A stretch of DNA of 64,000 nt from the human T2T-CHM13v2.0 reference genome, Homo sapiens. Where the stretch lies: assembly GCF_009914755.1 (NCBI RefSeq), contig NC_060933.1. One strand, 5' to 3'. Positions 49,476-60,210 of this stretch are shown here, piece by piece. The notes beneath the pieces were generated by a model. The model saw only the letters and a list, made by a program, of their open reading frames with translations, was not told the DNA's origin and did not search any database. Position 1 is the stretch's first letter. Each line of letters opens with the position of its first letter. Both the position numbers and the translations under genes were made by a program.

Positions 49476-50465
49476 AGGTTCACCTGACAAAGTCAGCTTC
49501 TCTCTGACAGCAGGACACAGCCCCATGGTGTTTCCCGCCACTACCTGGATGTGACAGGCACTTTGCCTCCCTCCACTTTGTCAGGACATTCTCCTCACAT
49601 CCTCTGGGCTCTCGCCCGGAATGCTTTCTTTCCTTTTCCTTTTTAAAAAATGTTTGTAAATTTATTAGTAATGCTCCTTTTGAAAGGTATGGAAAATGAA
49701 ACTCAAGGTATAATCCTTATATGAAACAATTAACTCATTTCTCCAGGAGTCTTAGTAGAAAACACATGATTTGGAAAGATCCTGCCGGGTGTGGTGGCTC
49801 ACGCCTGTAATCTCAGCACTTCGGGAGGCCGAGGTGGGCAGATCACCTGAGGTCAGGAATTCGAGACCAGCCTGACCAACATGGAGAAACCCTGTCTGTA
49901 CTAAAAATACAAAAATTAGTTGGGTGTAGTGGCGAGCACCTGTGATCCCAGGTACTCAGGAGGCTTAGACAGGAGAATCGCTTGAACCCGGGAGGCGGAG
50001 GTTGCAGTGGGCCCAGGTAGCACCACTGCACTCCAGCCTGGGCAACAGAGTGAGGCTTTGTCTCAAAAAAAAAAAAAGGAAAGAAAAGAAAAGAAAAAGA
50101 TAGCAAAAGCTCCATAGAAGCCAAAAGGATACCAAAGCTTCCCTTCTTCAAAAATGTTCTCTCCAGAAAATGCATGAATCTATGTCTGCCTCTGTGAGAT
50201 CACTGCACCTGTGAGTAAGGTGGTCACAAATGTGAACACCTGTCTAGAACATCCTAGACCGACATAAACAGACAATCCTTGAAGCTGCAGAAAACAAATG
50301 AGGGTGAAAATAAAGCTGTACTATTTGTAGAGCAAGTCCTAAAAATACAGAATTCACTAAGAGCTTGGAACAGAAGACCTAGGAGATAAAAACCAGGGAA
50401 AAGTAATTAGAAAAATACTTCACTCCTTGATCGAGACCATCCTGGCTAACATGGTGAAATTTTTA

Positions 50466-50678
<213 letters not shown>

Positions 50679-50914
50679 TTACTGAAGGAAAAAAAGAGGG
50701 AATAAATGTTATTAAAAAACTATATGGGTAAGATTACCCATAACTAGTATTTAAACAAATCGAGGGTTCAGGATGGATTCCGCCCTCTCCATGAAGAATA
50801 AATACCAACTAACCCCACTTCTTACACCCCTGAAGGAGAAAACTGGTCCATTTGGCTTTGATCTGACACCCTCACACTCTTGCCGTTTAGGTCGAACCAT
50901 CTCGGCTCCATCTG

Positions 50915-51160
50915 TTTCAGCTGCATTGACCAGCATCCCACTTCTATTTCCGAACCTTCGACACTTTTAATGTCCGTATTTCCACAGATGGTCAGTTTCA
51001 GCTGCATTTACCAGCATCCCACTTCTATTTCCGAACCTTCGACACTTTTAATGTCCGTATTTCCACAGATGGTCAGTTTCAGCTGCATTTACCAGCATCC
51101 CACCTCTATTTCTGAACCTTCGACACTTTTAATGTCCGTATTTCCACAGACGGTCGGTTT
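50915..51160. repeat. 81-bp tandem repeat, 3 copies
   Basis: TTTCAGCTGCATT recurs at 50915, 50996 and 51077. Confidence 0.92.
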
Positions 51161-51594
51161 CAAGGCCCTCTAGGCTTTTCATGTTGTGATCCTCAGGACT
51201 CTCCCACCCTCCACTCATCCCCTGATTCTAAAACTACTTCCGCATGTTTAGCTGTGTGTTACACCAGCACCCCACTCCTGGTACCACAATCCACATTCTT
51301 TTTTTCTATTGTTTTGAGACGGAGTCTTGCTCTGTCACCCAGGCTGGAGTGCAGTGGTGCGATCTCCACTCACTGCTGCCACCTCTGCCTCCCGGGTTCA
51401 AGCAATTCTCTGCCTCAGCCTCCCGAGTAGCTGGGATTACAGGCGCCCGCCACCACGCCCAGCTAATTTTTGTATTTTTAGGAGAGACAGGGTTTCACCA
51501 TCTTGGCCAGGCTGGTCTTGAACCCCTGACCTTGTGATCCACCCGCCTCGGCCTCCCAGAGTGCAGGGATTACAGGCGTGAGCACCCAGCCTCC

Positions 51595-52335
51595 ATGTCA
51601 TTTTTCTAATGCTGCTGTCACAATTTACTAAAAGCTTAGCAGCTTACAACATAGTTCTGTGGAAGTCCAGAAGTCCGGTGGACTCAACCAGGTTCTCTGC
51701 TCAGGGTCTCATGGCTGAAATCACAGTGTTCGCGACGGCAGGCTCCTCTTAGGAGACTCCGGGGAAGAACCTGCTTCTGGGCTTGGTCAGGTGTTGGCAG
51801 AATCTGGCTGCTTGTGGCTGTTGGACTGAGGTTTCCTTGTGCGGCGTCCTCCATCTTCAAGCCAACAATGGGACACTGAATCCTTCCTGTGCTTTGAATC
51901 TCTCTGTCTTCTGTGTTCCATTCCTGCTTTTTTTCTTTTTTTTTTAAGATGGAGTCTTGCTCTGTCAGCCAGGCTGGAGTGCAGTGGCGTGATCTCAGCT
52001 CACTGTAACCTCTGCCTCCGGTGTTTAAGCGATTCTCGTGTCTCAGCCTCCTGAGTAGTTGGGATTACAGGCGCCCGCCACTACGCCTGGCTAATTTTTC
52101 TATTTTTGGTACAGACGGGGTTTCACCATATTGGTCAGGCTGGTCTCCAACTCCTGGCCTCAAGTGATCCACCCACCTCGGCCTCCCAAGGTGCTGGGAT
52201 TATAGGCATGAGCCACTGCGTCCGGCCCCATTTCTGCTTTTAAGGGCTCATGTGATTACACTGGGCCCACCCAAATAAGATAGACTCTCTATTTTAAGTT
52301 CAACTGATTAATAGTGTCAATTACATCTGTAAATT
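51595..52335 (-). mobile_element. MLT1-like MaLR LTR interrupted by an Alu
   Basis: catagttctg...gtccagaagtcc and cttttaagggctcatgtgattacactgggcccaccc motifs. Confidence 0.7.
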
Positions 52336-52554
52336 CCTTTTGTGGGACAATGAGGGCTGAGGCTGGGACCATCTCAGCCACTTGGCCCCCAACCGCTCCA
52401 TCCTTGGCCACCCCGTCCTGTTCCCAGAGCCTGCCTGGCACAGCTGGCAGCCATGGATGAGCTGGAGGGAGGAGTTTGATGCTAGGGGTGGGCACACCTG
52501 TGCTAGGGGCAGCTGCACCTTGGGAGGACCCCAAGACCCTCCCCGCAAACTCAC

Positions 52555-52722
52555 CTCGGCCGCCCTGCGGTGGTCTTCACCATTGCCCAGCATGCGTGCA
52601 TCCACACCGAGACAGCGGAGGCTCCGTGCCAGCCCCTGCAGCATGTTGTCACACACCACACGGAAGGCCCTGGCCGGAATCTGAGGGGCAGCGCCCTCAG
52701 ACACAGCCACAGCCACAGGGAC
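52555..52722 (-). CDS. EXD3: EXD3 exon with start of Mut7-C (FRVVCDNMLQGLARSLRCLGVD)
   Basis: tgcag|GTC...GAG|gtgagt; 168 nt, phase 0-0. Carries the DxMLxxLAxxLRxxGxD Mut7-C/PIN-like motif. Confidence 0.95.
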
Positions 52723-52967
52723 CTGCAGTGAGGCCCTGGTCAGCAGTCCCACGGTCACCCCCCAGCCCCTCACAGCCTCAGAGAGCCAGGGCCCTGAGGC
52801 TGTGTGGCCAGCACTCTGTCTCTGTTTTATCTTCAAAAGATAAAACTGTGTGTGCTGTGCATAAAACAGCAGAAACGCAGACAAAATGCAGTGAAACCAC
52901 CCCTGGGGGGCTCTAGTGCTCATGCTGGGGGGGCTCCACGTGTGTGTCTGGGGTGGCGTGTGTGCCC

Positions 52968-53342
52968 AGAGAGGGGTGGGGATCACGGGGAGGGGGCTAG
53001 ATAGAGAGGGGTGGGGATCACAAGGAAGGTGCTAGATAGAGAGGGGTGGGGATCACAAGGAGGGGGTTAGATAGAGAGGGGTGGGGATCACGAGGAAGGT
53101 GCTAGATAGAGAGGGGTGAGGATCACAAGGAGGGGGTTAGACAGAGAGGGGTGGGGATCATGGGGAGGGGGCTAGATAGAGAGGGGTGGGGATCACGGGG
53201 AGGGGTTAGATAGAGAGGGGTGGGGATCACAAGGAGGGGGCTAGATAGAGAGGGGTGGGGATCACGGGGAGGGGTTAGATAGAGAGGGGAGGGGGAGGGG
53301 GCTAGATAGAGAGGGGTGGGGATCACGGGGAGGGGGCTAGAT
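52968..53342. repeat. 35-bp G-rich VNTR copy A, ~11 units (AGATAGAGAGGGGTGGGGATCACGGGGAGGGGGCT)
   Basis: Directly visible tandem units. Confidence 0.95.
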
Positions 53343-53628
53343 GCTGCCTTGGGCCATGGGAGGGGCCTGCCAGGCCAAGTATCAGGAGGGGACTGGGGCA
53401 CTCAGGGGCACGGCTGCCTCCTGAGCAGTGACCCCCCAGGCAAGCGCAGCCCCCGTGACAGTCATGCAGGAGGTTCACCAGGACTTTGCTCCCCTCTCGC
53501 TCCAGGAGCTGGGCCCCCTCCACACGCTCTGACCCAGTGGCCTTGTCTCCATGCAGGTCCTTGGTTTATGGACAGGGATCTCCTTCCCCAAGAATGCTGA
53601 CAAACGGACCCTGCGGGGCTTCACCCAC

Positions 53629-53801
53629 CTGCCTGGGTGCGGCCGGTGCTGACGCTTTCTGCAGGCCGGGTGGCTTCCGTGCCCCTGGTCTCTCTCTGTG
53701 CCTGGGCCTCCGGCTCCCAGCCAGGTCCTCCGACAGGTGGAAGCGGGCGGGCTCTCTGCACAGGGCTTGGTGCACCTCCAGCAGGCAGTAGGCGTCGGCA
53801 G
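53629..53801 (-). CDS. EXD3: EXD3 exon (AADAYCLLEVHQAL...AAPRQ), second half of ExoIII motif
   Basis: cacag|CT...CAG|gtggg; 173 nt, phase 1-0. Confidence 0.93.
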
Positions 53802-53887
53802 CTGTGTGGGGAGTCGGCCTCAGCCTCCCGGGACAGAGGGCGGGAGGGGCGTGAGGAGGGGTCACTCCCACCCGCCGCACCGCACAC

Positions 53888-54050
53888 CTGCGTAGATGAC
53901 CTGCTCCTCGTAGAGCGGCCTCCGGTCCCAGTTGGACAGCTGCTGCGTCTTGTCCAGGGCTGTGCCCAGCACCTGCTGCACCAGGAGGCTCAGGCCCCTC
54001 AGCTCCCTGGCCCTGTCCACGGCTGGGGCTGGCACGCTCGCCACCCGCAT
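53888..54050 (-). CDS. EXD3: EXD3 exon (MRVASV...LDKTQQLSNWDRRPLYEEQVIYA), DEDDy exonuclease
   Basis: gcag|ATG...GCAG|gtgtg; 163 nt. LDK..Q.SNW..RPL...Q..YAA.DA is the RNase D/WRN-type ExoIII signature. Confidence 0.95.
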
Positions 54051-54509
54051 CTGCTAAGACAGTGCCCTGCAGGGTAACGCGTCTGGCCCTGGCGGCAGCA
54101 CAGTCACCGTGCCCACTCACACCAGCCCTGCGGGGGCTCTGGAGGAGGCCCCGCCCCCTCCACCAGCGGCCCCCACAGCAGAGACGGGGAGAAGGAGCGG
54201 ACACATCCGAGGAGAGGCTCCACGTGGGGGTCCCAGGCTGCAGGCACTGCACACCAGGGCCAGCTCCGGGGGCCCTGGTCAGCAGTCCCACGGTAACCCC
54301 GCCCAGCCCCTCACAGCCTCAGAGAGCCCGGGCCCTGAGTCTGTGTGGCCAGCTCTCTGTCTCTGTTTTATCTTCAGAAGAGGAGCACTGGGTGTGCCGT
54401 GCATAAAACAGCAGAAACGCAGACAAAATGCAGCGAAACCACCCCCGGGGGGCTCTAGTGCTCATGCTAGGGGCGCTCCACGTGTGTGTCTGGGGTGGCG
54501 TGTGTGCCC

Positions 54510-55523
54510 AGAGAGGGGTGGGGATCACGGGGAAGGTGCTAGATAGAGAGGGGTGGGGATCACGGGGAAGGTTCTAGATAGAGAGGGGTGGGGATCACGA
54601 GGAGGGGCTAGATAGAGAGGGGTGGGGATCACGGGGAGGGTTCTAGATAGAGAGGGGTGGGGATCACGGGGAAGGTTCTAGATAGAGAGGGATGGGGATC
54701 ACGGGGAAGGTTCTAGATAGAGAGGGGTGGGGATCACGGGGAAGGTTCTAGATAGAGAGGGATGGGGATCACGGGGAAGGTGCTAGATAGAGAGGGGTGG
54801 GGATTACGGGGAGAGAGCTAGATAGAGAGGGGTGGGGATCACGGGGAAGGTTCTAGATAGAGAGGGATGGGGATCACGGGGAAGGTGCTAGATAGAGAGG
54901 GGTGGGGATCACGGGGAGGGGTTAGATAGAGAGGGGTGGGGATCACGGGGAAGGTTCTAGATAGAGAGGGGTGGGGATCACGGGGAGGGGGCTAGATAGA
55001 GAGGGGTGGGGATCACGGGGAAGGTTCTAGATAGAGAGGGGTGGGGATCACGGGGAAGGTTCTAGATAGAGAGGGGTGGGGATCACGGGGAAGGTGCTAG
55101 ATAGAGAGGGGTGGGGATTACGGGGAGGGGTTAGATAGAGAGGGGTGGGGATCACGGGGAGGGTTCTAGATAGAGAGGGGTGGGGATCACGGGGAGGGTT
55201 CTAGATAGAGAGGGGTGGGGATCACAAGGAGGGGGCTAGATAGAGAGGGGTGGGGATCACGGGGAGGGTTCTAGATAGAGAGGGGTGGGGATCACGGGGA
55301 AGGTTCTAGATAGAGAGGGGTGGGGATCACGGGGAAGGTTCTAGATAGAGAGGGGTGGGGATCACGGGGAAGGTGCTAGATAGAGAGGGGTGGGGATTAC
55401 GGGGAGGGGTTAGATAGAGAGGGGTGGGGATCACGGGGAGGGTTCTAGATAGAGAGGGGTGGGGATCACAAGGAGGGGGCTAGATAGAGAGGGGTGGGGA
55501 TCACGGGGAGGGGGCTAGATAGA
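54510..55523. repeat. 35-bp G-rich VNTR copy B, ~29 units
   Basis: Same unit as copy A; period 35 (54541 to 54576). Confidence 0.96.
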
Positions 55524-55834
55524 GCCCCAGGGGCTCCCTCCCGCAGCTCCTCCAAGTGGAACCCAGGGCTCAGGTCTGGGGGAAGGTGCCCTCACACCAG
55601 ATAACGGCCCCACAGGGGCTCAGGGATGCCTGCACCAGGAGGCCCTGCTCCCTCCCTGGAGATGCCAGATCCAGCTCTGCCAGGCTCTGCTCTGGGGCCC
55701 TGGTGACTGAGGCTGTGCTGACAGGAATCCGGCGGGAGAAGCCCAGGGCCGCTGGGAAGGTGTGGAGGGGCCCCAAGCAGCCCTCGAACCCCAGGCCCAC
55801 CCGGCATCTTGTGAGCGGCTCAGTGGGTGCCCAC

Positions 55835-55944
55835 CTGTCTGTGCACCAGCAGCAGGTCCATGCCGCCCAGAATCTGCTTCTCCACATGGGCCAGGGCGGG
55901 GCAGGACGTGCCCAGTTTTTGCAGGTCCCCCACCATCCCGTAGC
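55835..55944 (-). CDS. EXD3: EXD3 exon (GYGMVGDLQKLG...DLLLVHRQ), ExoII Asp
   Basis: cacag|GC...CAG|gtggg; 110 nt. Confidence 0.93.
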
Positions 55945-56114
55945 CTGTGGGCAGGAACCATCGTGGGAGGGGCGCCTGCAGGCAGGGACCGCACTGTCCC
56001 CTGACCCCAGGGTGCACCCAGCACCCTCCCCGGGGCACACGGAGGGAAGGGTCAGGCAGGGGTGCGGGCTGCTTTCTTTCTGGACTGGGCAGGGGGCCCC
56101 AGGGCTTCACTCAC

Positions 56115-56325
56115 CCAGCTTGGTGATAGAGGGGTCCGAGAGGAGCTGGGCCACCAGCCGGGAAAAGGCCTGGGCTCCCTGCCCTGTTGGTGGCTGCGAG
56201 AGTGCCAGGACGTCCAGAAGGAACACGTGGCCCTCCACGGCCACCTGCAGGAGTGACGGCCGAGGCCGGCCCCCAGCAACAAACACAGGTGTCCACTCCA
56301 CGTCTACACCAACCACTTGGTGGCA
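56115..56325 (-). CDS. EXD3: EXD3 exon (CHQVVGVDVEWTP...SDPSITKLG), ExoI DxE
   Basis: ccgcag|TGC...CTGG|gtgagt; 211 nt. Carries the GVDVEW ExoI motif and LLQVA. Confidence 0.95.
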
Positions 56326-56862
56326 CTGCGGGCAGAGAGGGGCAGATGTGATCATCAGGGCCAACTTGGCTCTGCAGGGACCACAGCCTGGAGGGCCTGA
56401 GCAGCTCTGTGAGCTTGGGCTTCGGGGAGACGCCCCTGCACCCCTGCATGTTTATAGGGCTGGGGCTGTTGGGGGCACTAAGGCCTGTGCTCCAGCTGCC
56501 CCCTGCTTTCTGTGGCTGCACCAGAGAGGGAGGCCTGGCTGTTGTGAGCAAGAGCCTGGCCTGGTGCCCACGGCAGTGCCCGTGTCAGGGAGGCACCCCA
56601 CGTCTCGGGCACCATCTGTAAAATGGGGATTCCACGGCACCTTCCACAGGCTGGCAGCACTGGGTAAATGCCAGCAGCCAGCATCCTGGAGTCTCAGCAG
56701 CACAGTGTGGGGAACGGCTGCCCTCACAGCAGCCCTGGGGCACCTGGCGGGCTCATGCCCAGAGGCCTTGCCTCTCTCCGAATGCCATGCCCCTGATGCT
56801 CCTCCAGTGCCTGGCAGGGGGATCCCACCACCGGGCGCTGCCCCAGCGGCCGAGGGAACCAC

Positions 56863-56998
56863 CTGCAGGAGTGCACCCTCGTGTCTGGTCAGGTCTTCCC
56901 ACGAGGCCAGGAGGTGGACGTTCTCCCTGGGGATGGGCAGCTGGTAGTAACGGTCCTTCATGTCCTTCACCTCCAGCCTCGAGTCAGCCTCAGTCGCC
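56863..56998 (-). CDS. EXD3: EXD3 exon (RATEADSRLEVKDMKDRYYQLPIP...GALLQ)
   Basis: cccag|G...CAG|gtggtt; 136 nt, phase 2-0. Confidence 0.9.
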
Positions 56999-57416
56999 CT
57001 GGGAGGAGCAGAGCTGGTAGCGCCCCCATGTCCCTGGTCCCCCACCCACTCTGACCTCGGAGCAGGAGGGGAGCATTCAGGGCCTGTTTGGTGGGGGCAT
57101 CTCAGGTCCTGGCTCCTCCTCCCACACCGGCTCAGTCCAGCCCAGCGTGACCCTTGCTCCTGCCTCTCCTCCCAGTGGCCCTGGTGACTGTCCCCCCAGG
57201 GTCCCTCATGGGTCGGGCTGGCCATGGATCTGGCAGCAGAGGAGGAGGGCTGGGCCCTGCTGTCTTGTCTGCTCTGTGTATAGCTGCGCTCTTTGTTTTG
57301 TCTTGATTTCTAATTCTCAAGCCACTGGCGTGAAGACTGGTGAGCTGTCGTCCCAAGGGTAGGGGCCACCCTGGGCGGAACCCACCCCTGGCTGGGGTCA
57401 CCCTGGCGGCGCTCAC

Positions 57417-57583
57417 CTCCCCTGGAGCCTGAACCGGCGGAGTTCCACAGCCACCGCAGCCGGCAGCCGCTCCTCGGGCAGCAAGAGGTCCATGGCACAC
57501 TGGGCGGCCGTGACTGGGTCACTGTGGGAGACCAGCAGCTGAGACAGCTGCTCCTGAAGCCACGGGCTCTGCCCCACCAGGCC
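57417..57583 (-). CDS. EXD3: EXD3 exon (GLVGQSPWLQEQL...RFRLQGR)
   Basis: cacag|GGC...GAG|gtgag; 167 nt, phase 0-2. Confidence 0.92.
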
Positions 57584-57884
57584 CTGTGAGGAGGGTGGCC
57601 GTGAGGATGGAGATGGGGACATTGCTGTGCCACAGGGCCCTGCCCCGAGGGACCCCCGTAGACCCCGACCTTGCAGACTGGCTATGAGCACTCGGGGAGG
57701 AGGGGCAGCCGTCCACCTGAGGCCTGCAGCATCTGTCCTGCCTGAGGTCAAGGTTCCACAGGACCAAAGCGGCTGAGATAGAGGTGCTGAGGCAAAGGCT
57801 GTCCACCCCAGTGTAGCCCCGGCTGGCCTTCCGGGTCTCCAAGCCTGAGGTGAAGGCTGCCCACCTCAGTTCAGCCCCAGCTGG

Positions 57885-58110
57885 CCCCTCCTGGCCTCCA
57901 AGCCTCCGCTGACCTTCCCGGCCTCCAAGCCTCCACCGGCCCTCCTGGCCTCCAAGCCTCTGCTGACCTTCCTGGCCTCCAAGCCTCCACCAGCCCTCCT
58001 GGCCTCCAAGCCTCCACTGACCTTTCCAGCCTCCAAGCCTCCACTGGCCCTCCTGGCCTCCAAGCCTCCACTGACCTTCCCGGCCTCCAAGCCTCTGCCG
58101 GCCCTCCTGC
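57885..58110. repeat. 27-bp tandem repeat, ~8 units (GGCCTCCAAGCCTCC...)
   Basis: 9-aa periodicity (LEARRAGGG/LEAGKVSGG) in the ORF track. Confidence 0.9.
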
Positions 58111-59135
58111 TCTCACCAGGCATCTGCCCCCACCCCGGGTCCCAGGAGCCCGGGCATGTTTTCTGGAGCACCTGCCCAGCCTGCCCCATCTCCACGCTCC
58201 TCCTCTTGCCAGGGGAGCCCCTCTGCCCCTTCCCCTCCTCCTCATTATGTGGGGTTTGGCTGGCAGGGCTCAGGAGGCTATTGGGCACCCATTCACCCAT
58301 GGCCCAGGAGCAGACAGGGGGGTGCCCTCTGGGTGGCAATGACCAAGGGGGTCCTGAGAAACCTCATCCTCACCAGGGTGAGCTCTCTCCCACCCCGCAG
58401 CCACCGTGGCAGCGCCCAGCCCAGGAGCAGAGGCACCTACAGGCCTGCGGGACCCTCAGCCCCCGCTGGGAAATGCAGGGCCCAGCACAAGCGAGGGTCT
58501 CCCTCCCCGCAAGGTCCTGGAGTCCATGGGTCCAGGATGGCCTTGAGTGTCAGGCGGGAAGGGAGGGGACCTGCCCAGCAGGCTGAGCTCCTGCACGACC
58601 TCCCACCCCACGGCCTCGAGGAGGGTCCGCCTGCCCCGCTGGCTTCAGGCCCAGCAGCCTGAGGCTGCTTCCCCGGCGTGGGTTCCCACGTGGACGACAA
58701 TACGTGGAAGCCGCCCGCATTCTTCAGGACGTCCGCTGCCCTTCCGGCCGGCTCTGCGCTGGCACCGGGCGGGGGGGGCCTGGCCTTCCTCCTTCCGGCC
58801 TCGCCCAGGCGCCTTGCACCTCTCTGGTGACTCTCAGCCCCCACCCGGCCCCACAGGCAGCTCCGCTGGGTTGGTTCGGGTGGCACGGACGCTGCCGTCT
58901 GCCTGGAACGAGGCCCAGTCAGGCTCTACTGATGCCCTCGGCTCCCGCTCAGGCCTCCCGGGCCTGAGGACCCTACACCCGCCTGCCAGCCACACGCCCC
59001 AACATGGGGTCTGGGCTCAGCAGCCCCAGCGAAGGCCTCAGCTCTGCGCACTTCCACCAGGAGGCTCCGGGCCTGTGCCCCTAGGACAGCCGCCCAGGCC
59101 GCCCTGCCGGCTTACAGGCAAGGGCACGAACTCAC

Positions 59136-59174
59136 CTGCACATGGTCGGTCCAGTTCTCCTGTGACAGGCTCTT
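59136..59174 (-). CDS. EXD3: EXD3 39-nt exon (KSLSQENWTDHVQ)
   Basis: tttgcag|AAG...CAG|gtgagt; phase 0-0. Confidence 0.9.
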
Positions 59175-59496
59175 CTGCAAAGGCAAACAGGAAGGGGCGG
59201 TTGCCAGGCAGCTCCAGAGGCTGTATCGGGGCCTGGTGGGAGTTTTCCTCGACCCCTGGCAGGGTACATCCTTGGCAGAGCCCAGGTGCTCACCCGCCCT
59301 GGTGCCACAGCCCAGAGCCAGGGCCCCATGGCCTCCCCTTCACCCAGGCCTGGCCCAGCTCACCCAGCTCTGGGGCAAGAAGCAGCTCCTACTTGATATG
59401 TCTGTGCACCCTGCAGTGCGCAGTGAGTATCCCAGGCCAAACTCTGTGGCTCAGGCCGCGGCTGGCTGCCCCCAGGACCCCCTCCTGCTCACGAAC

Positions 59497-59570
59497 CTCC
59501 ACAAACCGCTTGTGGCACAGGTGCCGCAGGGCCGCCAGGCGCTGCTGAATGGCCGCGTTGGGACACAGCG
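59497..59570 (-). CDS. EXD3: EXD3 exon (ALCPNAAIQQRLAALRHLCHKRFVE); most 5' exon in the window
   Basis: ctttcag|CG...GAG|gttcgt; 74 nt. Upstream exons lie beyond 64000. Confidence 0.9.
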
Positions 59571-60210
59571 CTGAAAGGAAAGGCCAGCTCAGCACTGCAG
59601 GCTCAGGGCAGCCTCACCACGGCCTCCTTCTGGGGCGGGCTGGAGACGGGCAGAGGGGCTGCGCCTGCCCCTTCACCGTCCTCCACCTCTGCCCCGGAGC
59701 CCACCCCCTCCTCACCACCTGGGCCTCTGCTGGGGTCCACCCCACTCAGCCTGGGGGTCCCGCCGGCCCCGGGGTCTCCCTTGCACTTGTGTGGCGGGCC
59801 CTTTCGTCTGGCCTCCCTCTGGGGCCTCCCTGTCTTTCCTCAGGGAGTTTCCTTCTTGGCGTTGGCATCTGCGTTTGTGCCCTGCCCTTCTCTCACTGGC
59901 ACGTGGAACCCTCGTGGACAGAGCCGGCTGCTCACTGTGGGTCCCGTGACTGAAGCCCCATGAGCGGCAGGGACTGAGGCACACGCACGTCCACACCCTC
60001 CGTCAGCCTCACCTCCATACTCCACTCCAGAGCCTGAGGGGGCCCCGGGGAGGGCACCACAGTCTGGCTGAGCCCTTTTCCCCCAGGGTGCGGCAGCCAG
60101 TGGTGCTAACGGGCTGGCTGGTCCTCAGCGGGGTGCCGACCTTTCAGGGCCCCACCCCCCACGCCCAGAGTGCAGCCACGGGGAGCCGGGCGACCATCTG
60201 CCCTGCGGCA

